The notes beneath the pieces were generated by a model, which saw only the letters and a list, made by a program, of their open reading frames with translations, was not told the DNA's origin and searched no databases. Below are positions 9,610 through 19,937 of a stretch of DNA of 64,000 nt, in pieces (positions within the stretch are counted from its first letter, which is position 1; each line of letters opens with the position of its first letter). Source of the DNA: an uncultured candidate division Zixibacteria bacterium (GTDB lineage Bacteria; Zixibacteria; MSB-5A5; GN15; PGXB01); assembly GCA_963702205.1 (NCBI GenBank), contig OY969724.1:3776001-3840000 (forward strand), in the 5' to 3' direction. The translations under genes were made by a program, and so were the position numbers.

Positions 9610-10401
9610 CTAAATCGAATATACGGCCGGAATTATTTCGGGCAGCGGCATGGTTTTGTCTTCCGAGACGGCAATCAGGATCGACTTCCCGCAAAACCAG
9701 TACATCATTTGGAAGCCGTCGCCATCATAAGTATACACTGAGCGGTTGCCCACTTTTGTTTCTTCGAAACCGGGCATCTCCACCCCGTCCTTCTTTCCGA
9801 CATAAAGCGAGACCGGCATATTGCCGTGCATGAATTTGAAATGCGCGAACTTATGATCCCGGATGCTCTCGAATTCCGAACTGACCATATTATAACCGGC
9901 CGTCTGCACGTCACCGAAGGTCATGGAAAGATCATTGCTGATAAATGTCATGATTTCCGGCGAACACGGCTCGAAATTATCACTGTCGACACTGGCCGCA
10001 ACGAAATTTGTTCCGCCGTTGAAATGATTTTGCTCGAAAGGCCGGACGTACACCGAGTACCGGTAATAGCCAGACGCCCAGAACGCCGCTCCGACGCACA
10101 GCACCAGTGCCACGGCGGCCGCGACCGCCACCGCCGAAAAACGGAACGGGCCCAGCTTGCCAAACGAGCGTCCGGTGGATTCTTTATCGATTTTGTCGAG
10201 AATGCGGTGTTTGAGTTTATCCGCTTTGTCTGAAGAGGCCGTCTTGTCCTTTACGAAAGCCTTGAACATCTCTTCGAATTCGTACCGAGCCATGCAGCTC
10301 TTGCATTCGTCAAGATGCTTCTGGACTTCTTCTACATCGTATTGGCTGGCTTCTTTATCAATTACATCATATAGATGCCTTAGCGCTTCTTCGCAGGTCA
10401 T
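9610..10401 (-). CDS. ZAS (zf-HC2) anti-sigma factor with TM helix and extracytoplasmic domain
   Basis: 'MTCEE...HLDECKSC' (HxxxCxxC), then a TM helix; overlaps the sigma factor stop codon. Confidence 0.85.
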   Translation of the reverse strand: MTCEEALRHLYDVIDKEASQYDVEEVQKHLDECKSCMARYEFEEMFKAFVKDKTASSDKADKLKHRILDKIDKESTGRSFGKLGPFRFSAVAVAAAVALVLCVGAAFWASGYYRYSVYVRPFEQNHFNGGTNFVAASVDSDNFEPCSPEIMTFISNDLSMTFGDVQTAGYNMVSSEFESIRDHKFAHFKFMHGNMPVSLYVGKKDGVEMPGFEETKVGNRSVYTYDGDGFQMMYWFCGKSILIAVSEDKTMPLPEIIPAVYSI

Positions 10402-11006
10402 TTAGCTGCTTCCTTGATGAAACCGTTTCTAACTGCGTATTCCCATAATGCCTTCTGAAGAAGCTTCCGCCCCCGGTGAAGCCTCGATTTGACCGTCCCG
10501 ATCTGCAGTCCAACAATGTCCGCTATCTCCTGATAACTGAATCCTTCCAAAAAGGACAACACCACCACCAGCCGGAAGTCCTCCGGCAATTCTTCGATTG
10601 CTTTCTTAACGTCGTCATCGAATACTTTCGCAAAAAAGTGGCGTTCGGGGTCATCCGACGGGCCCAGCGCCGAGAGTTGCCCGAACAGGAAATCGTCATC
10701 GACGTCCTGGAGGTCAACCACCTGCGGCGACCGCGATTTGGCGCGATAGTTGTTGATAAAGATATTAGTCATTATCTTGAACAACCACGCCCGGCAGTTC
10801 GAGCCTTGTTCGAATTTGTCCCAGAAACGATAGGCTTTCAGTAGTGTTTCCTGCACAAGATCGTCGGCATCGTTCTCGTTCTTGGTCATTCTCAGTGCCG
10901 TACGATGCAGGGCTTCTACATGAACCATCGCCTCCTTTTCGAATATCTCCTTCTTGGGTTTCTTCATGCCACCCGATCCCCGGCTTTTGTCAGGGCTTGC
11001 GCCCAT
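10398..11006 (-). CDS. ECF sigma-70 factor, SigR/SigH-like
   Basis: 'DADDLVQETLLKAY', 'RAWLFKIMTNIFINNYR', 'FSYQEIADIVGLQIGTVKSRLHRGR'. Alternative start at 10967. Confidence 0.9.
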   Translation of the reverse strand: MGASPDKSRGSGGMKKPKKEIFEKEAMVHVEALHRTALRMTKNENDADDLVQETLLKAYRFWDKFEQGSNCRAWLFKIMTNIFINNYRAKSRSPQVVDLQDVDDDFLFGQLSALGPSDDPERHFFAKVFDDDVKKAIEELPEDFRLVVVLSFLEGFSYQEIADIVGLQIGTVKSRLHRGRKLLQKALWEYAVRNGFIKEAAK

Positions 11007-11044
11007 TCCCGAACCGACCGGGTGACCTTATCACTTGTCCTATA

Positions 11045-11071
11045 CAACATTATCGGTCCCGGTCTTGTTCC
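11045..11071 (-). promoter_or_regulatory. Putative autoregulatory ECF promoter GGAAC-N18-GTTG
   Basis: Minus strand reads GGAAC-aagaccgggaccgataat-GTTG about 40 nt upstream of the sigma gene, matching the SigR/SigH consensus GGAAY-N18-GTT. Confidence 0.7.
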
Positions 11072-11402
11072 ATTTTTGGACTATCAAGGCTATCTATTTC
11101 CAAATTCCACTTATATTCAACTTACGGGTACCAATTCCCCTATATTTCGATAGGAATTCAAAATTGGTACCCGCGTATCAAAGTATACATTATAATATAC
11201 ATTTTTGCAACCACAAAGACTGCGCCCAAAATGAAAAAAGGATTAACTTGATCTAAAATTGTAACTTTAAAATGTGGATATGCAGGAGCTAAATTGATTG
11301 AAGCTGGTAACTTATAAAAAACCACTGTTCCTTTCTGAAACGATCTGAATATTTTATTTTGACCTTTAGAAGATGATCCCTTATTCCGACAATAAATATA
11401 GT

Positions 11403-12170
11403 ATGAAAAAAGCATTGATATATCTGGCTCTGGCTGCAATTGCCTGCCTGACCTTTTTTGTCGGCTGTACTCAGAACATTACATCCAATAAAGGCCTTGC
11501 CGCCTATTATACCGAAATCACGGTTATCAAGGACCTCGATTCGAACAAGGCCGCTGTCACCGTTTATCTCACCCGAAACGATACCGTGCTCGAAACGGCC
11601 GATATTACTTTCGGAGATTATGCCCTCAATTATTCTGCCGCCGACACCGTTTACAAGAGAATATTTAAAACGGCCGATTCCATACCTTCTCAGACATACA
11701 ATTGTGTCATTATCGATGGTACCGCTTTGAACGACACGGTTTCGTTGACCGTACCTTCGGACCTGGAAATCACCAGCGTCGCTTTGCCGGACGACCGCGT
11801 CGATCCGGCCGGAGACGCCGTACAGTTCCAGTGGAGCCAGTCCTTGATGTCCAATGGCTATGTATTCGCGGCCAACCATGTCGATTCGCTGTATGAAACC
11901 GACGGCTATGCCGATTTTTCGCCCGAGAACACCCCGCAGGCGACTGTTCCTCCCGATGCTTTCCGTCCCGGCGGCGTCCCCAATCCGGTTCTCGGCTGGT
12001 ATTACATTTATGCCTACGCTTACACCGGCGTGCCGACCGACGCCACCTATCTGCCGACCTATTTCCCGCAGGCGTTCACCAACAATCTGGACAAGACAGA
12101 CATAGCCGGATCGTACGGTGTGGTCGTGATAAGCCCTCGCGATTCGATCGACGTTACCGAAAGTCTTTAG
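11403..12170 (+). CDS. Hypothetical lipoprotein
   Basis: MKKALIYLALAAIACLTFFVG-C lipoprotein signal; beta-rich body. Confidence 0.75.
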   Translation: MKKALIYLALAAIACLTFFVGCTQNITSNKGLAAYYTEITVIKDLDSNKAAVTVYLTRNDTVLETADITFGDYALNYSAADTVYKRIFKTADSIPSQTYNCVIIDGTALNDTVSLTVPSDLEITSVALPDDRVDPAGDAVQFQWSQSLMSNGYVFAANHVDSLYETDGYADFSPENTPQATVPPDAFRPGGVPNPVLGWYYIYAYAYTGVPTDATYLPTYFPQAFTNNLDKTDIAGSYGVVVISPRDSIDVTESL

Positions 12171-12212
12171 TTTTTTCTTTTTTCGCTTGCCGCTTCCGCT
12201 TAGATTGCCCTC

Positions 12213-13136
12213 ATGAAAAACGAATCCCGTGAAGACCTGATAAAAAAGCTGTCTCTGCTCGATACCGAAAAAGTCAACCCTGATACGGTCGATATCGATA
12301 TCCTCTCCCCGCTCGAAATCTGCCGCAAGATAAACAACGAAGATAAAAAAGTCGCGCTGGTTGTGGAGCAGGCGCTGCTTCAGATCGCCGAGGCCGCGCA
12401 ATTCGCCGCCGACGCCTGGAAAAACAACGGCCGGATTATCTATATCGGCGCCGGGACGTCGGGACGGCTCGGGGTGCTCGACGCCGCCGAATGCCCGCCG
12501 ACCTTCGGAGTCGATCCGAGCCGGACGATGGGCGTTATTTCCGGCGGTTATGGTACACTTGCGCTGTCTCTGGAAGGAGTCGAGGACCGCTCCGAGGCGG
12601 CGGTCGAAGACCTTCAAAATATCGGTTTGAACAAAAGCGACTTCGTGGTCGGGATCGCGGCATCGGTACGGACGCCGTACACCGTCGCGGGCGTGAAGTA
12701 CGCGATCAAGACCGGTTGCCATACGGCTTTCATCGTCTGCAACAACTTCGACATGCTTGATATTAAACCCGATGTCCTTATCAGCCTTCCGGTCGGGCCG
12801 GAGGTTATCACCGGGTCGACACGCATGAAATCCGGGACGGCTCAGAAAATGGCATTGAACATGATCACGACTACGGCGGCGGTGTTGTATGGGAAGACCT
12901 ATGGAAACCTGATGGTCGATCTTAAGGCCACATCAGAGAAATTGGCCGCCCGCTCGCGCAAGATGCTGATGGACTTTTTCGATATCGACCTCGAAACCGC
13001 AAATAGACTATTGCAAAATTCCGGCGGCTCGGTTAAGACTGCTATCGTAATGCACAAACTGGGCGTATCAAAGCAAGACGCCGAAAAACGCCTCCACGAT
13101 GTGGGAGGATTTTTGCGGAAAGTGCTTATAGTATAA
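12213..13136 (+). CDS. murQ: N-acetylmuramic acid 6-phosphate etherase
   Basis: 'GAGTSGRLGVLDAAECPPTFG', 'GPEVITGSTRMKSGTAQK', 'GNLMVD'. Confidence 0.95.
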   Translation: MKNESREDLIKKLSLLDTEKVNPDTVDIDILSPLEICRKINNEDKKVALVVEQALLQIAEAAQFAADAWKNNGRIIYIGAGTSGRLGVLDAAECPPTFGVDPSRTMGVISGGYGTLALSLEGVEDRSEAAVEDLQNIGLNKSDFVVGIAASVRTPYTVAGVKYAIKTGCHTAFIVCNNFDMLDIKPDVLISLPVGPEVITGSTRMKSGTAQKMALNMITTTAAVLYGKTYGNLMVDLKATSEKLAARSRKMLMDFFDIDLETANRLLQNSGGSVKTAIVMHKLGVSKQDAEKRLHDVGGFLRKVLIV

Positions 13137-13158
13137 CGCCGGGATGACCCGCCGCTTC

Positions 13159-13312
13159 AGGGCTTGTTGAAAAACCAGCAGGTCGGCTTCCGAATCCTGA
13201 CGAAGTCAGGAGAGAAAGCCGACATCTTGTTGTCGGGTTTCTCGTTACGCTTCGCTCCACTCGGAACCCGACCTACTTCTTGCACCATCCGTTAACTTTT
13301 TCAACAGGCCCT
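13159..13312. mobile_element. MITE-like element with 16-bp terminal inverted repeats enclosing a REP doublet
   Basis: AGGGCTTGTTGAAAAA (13159-13174) and TTTTTCAACAGGCCCT (13297-13312) match at 15/16. Two inverted REP-like hairpins lie inside. No clear target duplication. Confidence 0.6.
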
Positions 13313-13339
13313 CTAACGCTGGGATATTATTGTCCCTCA

Positions 13340-13515
13340 TTAGTGCGCGGCAGATTTCCAGAGGCTGTCTCAAAAGTACTCTTTTTAAGTCCCGCGGGGT
13401 CTTGTCCTGACGAAGTCGGGATGTGACCCTGCGGTCTTTCAACGGTTAGTGCGCGGCAGATGTCCACATCTGCCCGAACGCTGGAATCCTGTAACCCACC
13501 CGCAGGGTGGTTATG
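13340..13515. repeat. Cluster of REP-like palindromes and a solo IS-end-like sequence
   Basis: TTAGTGCGCGGCAGAT at 13340 and 13446; GAGGCTGTCTCAAAA at 13361; long hairpin 13392-13434; GGCAGATGtcCACATCTGCC hairpin within 13449-13475. Confidence 0.7.
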
Positions 13516-13601
13516 CCGGGGCGAGCAGAAATTTCCGGCATCTATCAATGAATTAGGGTTGAAAAACCATCAATCACGACTAATCGCACTCCAAAAAACC
13601 C

Positions 13602-13629
13602 TTGACATCTCACCCCTAATCCCTATATT
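13602..13629 (+). promoter_or_regulatory. Putative sigma70 promoter of the suf operon
   Basis: TTGACA-N16-TATATT. Confidence 0.5.
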
Positions 13630-13762
13630 CACTGAAACTTAGGCTATTTCAACCCACATTCTCCGATTTTTTTACGCCACAGAGGAACTTTTTCTTTACT
13701 TTTTTGTAAAGTATATTAAATTGAGAGAAAGAAAAGGATAAAATAGGTCATAATTATCGGCT

Positions 13763-14296
13763 ATGAAAATTACAGCACTCGAAGAATACGGACTCAGATG
13801 CATGGTCCTGCTCGCCAAAAGCAGCGGCAAAAATATGCTGACCATTCCCGAAATCGGACAGCTTGAGGGCCTCTCCGTGCCCTATACCGGCAAGCTACTG
13901 ATGCTCCTCAAGAAAGCCGAGCTGGTTACGGCCGAACGCGGCCGTCGCGGCGGCTATTTTCTGGCCCGCCCGGCACGGGAAATCACACTCCAGGATATTT
14001 TCGGCGCGCTCGGTGACCCGGTCTTCGGTTCCGCTCACTGCAACCGCTACGGAACCGGCAGCGACAACGGCAACAACTGCCTGCACGATGACTGCTGTTC
14101 GATACGTACGGTTTGGGATTCCTTCCACCGCCTGATCGGCGATTATCTCGAAAGATTAACTCTCGCCGACCTGATCGAAAACGACCCCTGCTTCAGCGGG
14201 ACAAAGAAACTTAAACAGGAAGACAAAAAATCTGAGGCGATTCCCGCAGCCGGCGGTCGCCCGGAATTTGCAGAAAATAGAACGACCTTTAAATAG
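13763..14296 (+). CDS. Rrf2-family (IscR-like) transcriptional regulator
   Basis: 'EYGLRCM', 'RGRRGGYFLARPAREITL', C-terminal Cys cluster; first gene of the suf operon. Confidence 0.9.
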   Translation: MKITALEEYGLRCMVLLAKSSGKNMLTIPEIGQLEGLSVPYTGKLLMLLKKAELVTAERGRRGGYFLARPAREITLQDIFGALGDPVFGSAHCNRYGTGSDNGNNCLHDDCCSIRTVWDSFHRLIGDYLERLTLADLIENDPCFSGTKKLKQEDKKSEAIPAAGGRPEFAENRTTFK

Positions 14297-14309
14297 AATT
14301 GAGGAACTT

Positions 14310-15083
14310 ATGACGAATAAAAAAACCGTATTCGCATTCAAAGACGTCCACGTGGAAGTCGACGGCAAGGAGGTCGTCCGCGGGGTGTCTCTGGAAATCG
14401 GCCCGGGCGAAAAGCACGCCATCATGGGCAAAAACGGTTCGGGAAAATCCTCGCTGGCCAACGCCCTCGCGGGGCATCCCTCCTACGAAATCACCAAAGG
14501 CGAAGCGTACATCGACGGCAAAAATCTTCTCGAAATGGACGCCACCGAACGCGCCCTGGCCGGACTGTTTCTGGCCTTCCAGTACCCGCTGGCTATACCG
14601 GGCGTGACGGTTGCCAATTTTATGCGCTCGGCGGTACGGGCCCGTACTAACGGCGATGATTCTGTCCTGAAGACGTTTCGCAAGGACCTGATGGAAGCCT
14701 TCGCTTTTCTTGAGATCGATAAATCGTTCGCCTCACGCTATCTCAACGATGGTTTTTCCGGCGGCGAGAAAAAGCGTCTGGAAATTCTTCAGATGGCGAT
14801 GCTCAAACCGAAAATGGCCATCCTCGATGAAACCGATTCCGGACTGGACATCGATGCCCTGAAAATCGTGGCCAAGGGTATCAATCAGTCGGCGACGTCC
14901 GACGGCGGCCTGCTTTTGATCACGCACTATCAAAGGCTGTTGAACTACGTCAAACCGGATTTCGTGCACGTCATGATGGACGGCCAGATGGTACAATCGG
15001 GCGGGCCGGAACTGGCCCTAAAACTGGAAGACCGGGGCTATGACTGGCTGGAGAGCAAGAACGCCAAAACAGTGGAGGTTTAG
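14310..15083 (+). CDS. sufC: Fe-S assembly ATPase SufC
   Basis: GKNGSGKS, 'LAFQYP', 'FSGGEKKR', '[13 protein letters not shown]'; ATG at 14310 follows GAGGA. Confidence 0.95.
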   Translation: MTNKKTVFAFKDVHVEVDGKEVVRGVSLEIGPGEKHAIMGKNGSGKSSLANALAGHPSYEITKGEAYIDGKNLLEMDATERALAGLFLAFQYPLAIPGVTVANFMRSAVRARTNGDDSVLKTFRKDLMEAFAFLEIDKSFASRYLNDGFSGGEKKRLEILQMAMLKPKMAILDETDSGLDIDALKIVAKGINQSATSDGGLLLITHYQRLLNYVKPDFVHVMMDGQMVQSGGPELALKLEDRGYDWLESKNAKTVEV

Positions 15084-15085
15084 TC

Positions 15086-16516
15086 ATGGCAGAGATTACC
15101 AAAAAACAACCGGATATTGCAGCGATCGGTGATGACTATATCACCAAGTATGGCTTTCACGATCCGGAGGAATATTTTCACAAAGGGGCACGGGGGATCA
15201 ACCATGAAGTGGTCGAAATGATCTCTCGCATGAAAAAAGAGCCGGACTGGATGCGTAAGTTTCGTCACGAAGCGCTGGATATATTTCTGGCCAAGCCGAT
15301 GCCGACCTGGGGCAATACTGAGCTTCTGAACTCCATCGACTTTGATAACATATATTATTATATCAAACCGACCGAGTTTCAGTCCAGCGACTGGAACGAC
15401 GTCCCGGAAAACATCAAGAACACTTTCAATAAGCTGGGCATTCCCGAGGCCGAACAGAAGTTTCTGGCGGGCGTGACGGCCCAGTACGAATCGGAAGTGG
15501 TTTATCATTCATTCCAGGCCGATCTCGAACGTCAGGGAGTCATCTTTCTCGATATGGATTCCGGCCTTAGAGAGCACCCCGAAATCGTCAAGCAATATTT
15601 CGCGACCGTAATCCCCCCGAACGACAATAAATTCGCCGCCCTCAATTCGGCGGTTTGGTCGGGCGGATCGTTCATATATGTCCCGCCGGGTCTTGATGTC
15701 AAAATCCCGCTTCAGGCCTATTTCCGGATCAATGCCGAAAATATGGGACAGTTCGAACGGACACTTATTATCGCCGACAAAGGCTCGCGGGTGCACTATA
15801 TCGAGGGCTGCACCGCGCCGGTGTACACCACCGATTCGCTGCATTCGGCGGTCGTGGAGCTTATCGCTCTCGATGATGCATATATCCGCTATACGACCAT
15901 ACAAAACTGGTCGCACAATATTTACAACCTCGTCACCAAGCGGGCGATGGCTCACAAGAACGCCACGGTCGAATGGGTCGACGGCAATATCGGATCGCGT
16001 CTGACCATGAAATTCCCCTGCGTCTACCTTGTCGGTGAAGGCGCCAAGGGTGAAATCTTGTCGGTCGCCTTTGCCGGGACCGGTCAGCATCAGGACGCCG
16101 GGGCCAAAGTCATTCACGCCGCCCCGAGGACTTCGTCGCGGATCACATCGAAGTCCATTTCCAAGGCCGGGGGACGAGCCTCATACCGGGGTTTGGTTAA
16201 AGTCTATCCCAAAGCCAATAACTGCAAAGTCTCGGTCGAGTGCGACGCCTTGCTGATCGATGGTGCTTCGCGGTCGGACACTTACCCAACCATGGAAATC
16301 GACGCCGACAACGTCCGGGTCGAACACGAAGCCCGCGTCAGCAAAGTAGCCGAAGAACAGCTGTTCTATCTGACCAGCCGCGGCCTGACCGAAGACGAAG
16401 CCCGGCTGCTGATCGTCAACGGCTTTATTGAACCGTTCACAAAGGAACTTCCGATGGAATACGCCGTCGAGTTGAACCGCCTGATCGAACTGGAGATGGA
16501 AGGTTCGGTCGGTTGA
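15086..16516 (+). CDS. sufB: Fe-S assembly protein SufB
   Basis: 'AQYESEVVY', 'GQFERTLII', 'EGCTAP', '[23 protein letters not shown]'. Confidence 0.95.
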   Translation: MAEITKKQPDIAAIGDDYITKYGFHDPEEYFHKGARGINHEVVEMISRMKKEPDWMRKFRHEALDIFLAKPMPTWGNTELLNSIDFDNIYYYIKPTEFQSSDWNDVPENIKNTFNKLGIPEAEQKFLAGVTAQYESEVVYHSFQADLERQGVIFLDMDSGLREHPEIVKQYFATVIPPNDNKFAALNSAVWSGGSFIYVPPGLDVKIPLQAYFRINAENMGQFERTLIIADKGSRVHYIEGCTAPVYTTDSLHSAVVELIALDDAYIRYTTIQNWSHNIYNLVTKRAMAHKNATVEWVDGNIGSRLTMKFPCVYLVGEGAKGEILSVAFAGTGQHQDAGAKVIHAAPRTSSRITSKSISKAGGRASYRGLVKVYPKANNCKVSVECDALLIDGASRSDTYPTMEIDADNVRVEHEARVSKVAEEQLFYLTSRGLTEDEARLLIVNGFIEPFTKELPMEYAVELNRLIELEMEGSVG

Positions 16517-16538
16517 GGATATACGTGGAGAAATTGAA

Positions 16539-17819
16539 ATGATTACAGACACGATAGATTTCAGAAAAATAGTCAGGAACGAACCGGAATGGTTGTACAA
16601 GCTCCGGCGCGACAGTTGGAGTGCATACAACGACTCTCCTCTGCCCGACCGGGTAGTACATCTTTGGCGCTATACGCAGCCGGAAAGCTTCCTGGTCGAC
16701 AGACCGGGCGACCTCATGCAATCCGGGACGTCGCTTCCCAAAAACGATAAGCGAAAATTAATCGCGCTGTCCGATGAACAAGCGGCCCTGGGGTACAACC
16801 TGGCCGATATGACGACAGTCGCGCAGATTGCACCCGAATTGCTTGAGCAGCGCGTCCACTTCCTGGATTTGATGACCGCCGTCGAAACCGAAAGCGGTCC
16901 GGTCCAGGAATACCTCGGCCAACTGGTCGATTCATCTTTCGGCAAGTTCGAGGCTTTCAACCTGGCTCTATGGAACATCGGATTTTTCCTTTATATCCCT
17001 GACAATGTCGTCATTGAAAAGCCGATTTACCTGAACCGCATCCCAACCGGAAAAGAAACCATATCCAGACTATTGGTCGTAGCCGGAAAGAATTCCCAGG
17101 CGACGCTTATAGACAACTACCGCGATGACGCGGATTCCTCGGCCGGGCAGTTTAACAGTGTTATCGAAGTGTTCGCCGACGATCACAGTCGTATCCGTTA
17201 CGTTGGATTGCAGAATTTTTCGGAGCGCATCATCAATTATATGACTCAGCGCGCCAAAATCGGCAGCCAAAGCGATTTTCTGACTATCCAGGCCGTCCTC
17301 GGCAGTACCGTCTCCAAAGTCAACACCGGAACGATACTTAATGGTCGCGGAGCCAACAGCCGCATCTACAGCGTTTTATTCGGTGACAACAAACAGCACT
17401 TCGACCTGCACACCATGCACAACCACCGCAGTCACGAAGCCTATTCCAATATCGACGTCAAAGTCGTCCTGAAAGACAAGGCGACTTCGGCCTATACCGG
17501 CTTGATACGCATAGAAGAAAAAACAATCAACAACGAAGCCTATCAGGAAAATCGCAACCTGCTCTTGAATCCGGGGACGAAAGCGGAATCGATTCCGGAA
17601 CTTGAAATCCTGTCCGATGAAGTCCGCTGCACCCATGGAGCCACGATGGGCCCGATCGACCCGGACATGGTCTTTTATCTCAAGAGCCGGGGTATCGAAT
17701 ACGACCAGGCGGTGCGCATGATCGTATCGGGATTTTTCGAACCGACGATTCAGAAAATCCCGGAGGACCTGCACGATGCCGTGCGCGGGATAGTTATCAA
17801 TAAACTGGAGAATGAATGA
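16539..17819 (+). CDS. sufD: Fe-S assembly protein SufD
   Basis: 'WRYT', 'NRNLLL', 'SIPELEILSDEVRCTHGAT', 'FYLKSRGI'. Confidence 0.9.
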   Translation: MITDTIDFRKIVRNEPEWLYKLRRDSWSAYNDSPLPDRVVHLWRYTQPESFLVDRPGDLMQSGTSLPKNDKRKLIALSDEQAALGYNLADMTTVAQIAPELLEQRVHFLDLMTAVETESGPVQEYLGQLVDSSFGKFEAFNLALWNIGFFLYIPDNVVIEKPIYLNRIPTGKETISRLLVVAGKNSQATLIDNYRDDADSSAGQFNSVIEVFADDHSRIRYVGLQNFSERIINYMTQRAKIGSQSDFLTIQAVLGSTVSKVNTGTILNGRGANSRIYSVLFGDNKQHFDLHTMHNHRSHEAYSNIDVKVVLKDKATSAYTGLIRIEEKTINNEAYQENRNLLLNPGTKAESIPELEILSDEVRCTHGATMGPIDPDMVFYLKSRGIEYDQAVRMIVSGFFEPTIQKIPEDLHDAVRGIVINKLENE

Positions 17820-18135
17820 CATGGGAGAATATGTGAAAGTGTGCCGGGTCGATGACCTGGACGAAGGCGGAACGAAGAATATTAACGTCGACGGGCAATC
17901 GTTGCTTTTGGCCCGCACCGATGGTGCGATTTATGCCCTGGACGATTTATGCACACACGACGGCGGCGATCTGGCCGAAGGTAAAATAATCGAAGGACAG
18001 ATACAGTGCCCGCGTCACGGTGCCCAGTTCGACCTCAAAACCGGCGACGCCACCCAGATGCCGGCCGTTGCGGGTATAAACTCGTACGACGTTAAAGTCG
18101 AAAACGGGGACGTGCTGGTAGCACTGAAAGAGTAG
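17812..18135 (+). CDS. Rieske-type ferredoxin
   Basis: CTH...CPRH Rieske ligands; start may be 17821. Confidence 0.9.
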   Translation: MNDMGEYVKVCRVDDLDEGGTKNINVDGQSLLLARTDGAIYALDDLCTHDGGDLAEGKIIEGQIQCPRHGAQFDLKTGDATQMPAVAGINSYDVKVENGDVLVALKE

Positions 18136-18142
18136 GCGTACG

Positions 18143-19429
18143 ATGGGTGTAAAAACCGATCCCATAAAGGAAAAGACGGAACGGTGCTGTGACGGACCGT
18201 GCAATCTGGACGTCGCCAGAATCCGGGCCGATTTCCCGATTTTGTCGCGGAAGGTCAATGGCAGGAAACTTGTCTATTTCGACAGCGCCGCCACGACGCA
18301 GAAACCGGAATCGGTCATAAAGGCTGTTACGGAGTACTATTCGCTGCACAACGCCAACGTGCATCGCGGCATACACACCCTGGCCGACGAGGCCACGACC
18401 GCCTACGAAAACACCCGGCGCAAGATAGCGGCCTTTATCAACTGCGACTACGATGAAGTAATTTACACCCGTAACGCCACCGAAGCTCTTAACACGATCG
18501 CATTCTCCTACGGACGCGCGCATCTCAAACCGGGCGACCGGATTGTCATCACGCAGATGGAACACCATGCCAACCTCGTGCCGTGGATTATGCTATCGAA
18601 GGAAACAGGAGCCGACCTGGCTTATATTCCGATCACCGACGACGGTTATCTCGATTTGAGCCATATCAATGAGATTTTAAATTCGAAGACTAAAATAGTC
18701 TCGCTGACCCACATGTCGAACGTGCTGGGGACGATCAACCCGGTCGAGGACATCGCCGAGCTGGCTCACAAAGTTGGCGCGGTGGTGGTTCTGGATGCGG
18801 CTCAAAGCGTGCCGCACTTGGCGGCCGACGTGCAGGACCTCGGTATCGACTTTATGGCCTTCTCGGCCCACAAGATGCTCGGCCCGACCGGGCTCGGTAT
18901 TCTGTATGGCCGACGCGAACTACTGAACGTCCTGCAGCCTTTCGAATTCGGTGGCGAGATGATCCGCAAAGTCACTTTTGACGACGTCACCTGGAACGAT
19001 CTGCCGCACAAATTCGAGGCCGGGACACCGCATATCGCCGGGGCTTGCGCTTTCGGTCCGGCCATCGACTATTTAAACGAGCTGGGTATGGACAACATCC
19101 GCGCCCACGAGATCGAACTGACCCGTTATACGCTTAATAAACTGGCCGAACTGGATTTTATCATAGTTTACGGACCGACCGATCCCAATCATCGCGGCGG
19201 AGCCGTGACCTTCAACGACGTCAATATCCATCCCCACGATCTGGCGACTTTTCTCGATATGCAGGGTATCGCCGTACGGGCGGGACATCATTGCGCCCAG
19301 CCGCTGCATCGTCTGTTGGGGACGGTCGCGACAACCCGGGCCAGCTTTTATATGTATAATACAAAGAGCGAAGTGGACCTCTTGATTGAGGCCCTGAAAG
19401 AATCACGGAGGTATTTCGGATATGTCTGA
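18143..19429 (+). CDS. sufS: Cysteine desulfurase SufS
   Basis: 'YFDSAATTQKP', 'MEHHAN', 'SAHKMLGP', 'RAGHHCAQP'. Confidence 0.95.
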   Translation: MGVKTDPIKEKTERCCDGPCNLDVARIRADFPILSRKVNGRKLVYFDSAATTQKPESVIKAVTEYYSLHNANVHRGIHTLADEATTAYENTRRKIAAFINCDYDEVIYTRNATEALNTIAFSYGRAHLKPGDRIVITQMEHHANLVPWIMLSKETGADLAYIPITDDGYLDLSHINEILNSKTKIVSLTHMSNVLGTINPVEDIAELAHKVGAVVVLDAAQSVPHLAADVQDLGIDFMAFSAHKMLGPTGLGILYGRRELLNVLQPFEFGGEMIRKVTFDDVTWNDLPHKFEAGTPHIAGACAFGPAIDYLNELGMDNIRAHEIELTRYTLNKLAELDFIIVYGPTDPNHRGGAVTFNDVNIHPHDLATFLDMQGIAVRAGHHCAQPLHRLLGTVATTRASFYMYNTKSEVDLLIEALKESRRYFGYV

Positions 19430-19931
19430 ACGACTCGATCAACTGTACCGCGATGTGATTATGGAGCATTATAAGTTTCCACGGGGGAGCAAAGATATAG
19501 AAAACGCCGACATGGACAATCAGGGACAGAACCCGGCCTGCGGCGATGAAATCGAAGTGAAAGTCAAGCTCGAAGGCGACCGCGTCAAGGATGTCTCGGT
19601 GTCGTGCATGGGTTGCGCCATTTCGGTGGCATCGGGATCGATGCTGGCCGAAGCGATCGAAGGTAAAACCCTGGCGGAAGTTAAGAATATCGCGAAGGTC
19701 GTCAAGGCTTTATTGAAAGGTGAGGAGCTTCCTTCGGATATTAACATACACGAGCTGGGCGATATAGAAGTCCTTCAGGGCGTGCGCAAATTCCCGGTCC
19801 GGGTCAAGTGCGCTCTTCTATCCTGGACGACCCTGGTCGATGCCATCGATTCTTTCGAGGCCGGTAAAACGACCGAACTGAATATATCGACTACCCAGGA
19901 AAATCACGCGAACCATAACCATGCACATTAA
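19422..19931 (+). CDS. sufU: SufU sulfur-transfer protein
   Basis: 'NPACGD', 'GCAIS', 'RVKCALL'. Confidence 0.9.
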   Translation: MSERLDQLYRDVIMEHYKFPRGSKDIENADMDNQGQNPACGDEIEVKVKLEGDRVKDVSVSCMGCAISVASGSMLAEAIEGKTLAEVKNIAKVVKALLKGEELPSDINIHELGDIEVLQGVRKFPVRVKCALLSWTTLVDAIDSFEAGKTTELNISTTQENHANHNHAH

Positions 19932-19937
19932 TACACT

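Noticed and set aside
11289..12722. 477-aa minus-strand ORF
   Set aside because: It is the antisense shadow of the lipoprotein gene and murQ and has no recognisable motifs.
13245..13642. Short ORFs in the murQ-suf intergenic region (also 59223-59860)
   Set aside because: They are translations of repeats or low-complexity AT-rich DNA without SD or family motifs.
13684..13710. GGAAC-N17-GTAAA as an ECF promoter for the suf operon
   Set aside because: Spacing and -10 differ from the GGAAC-N18-GTTG site, and the T-rich context makes a chance match plausible.
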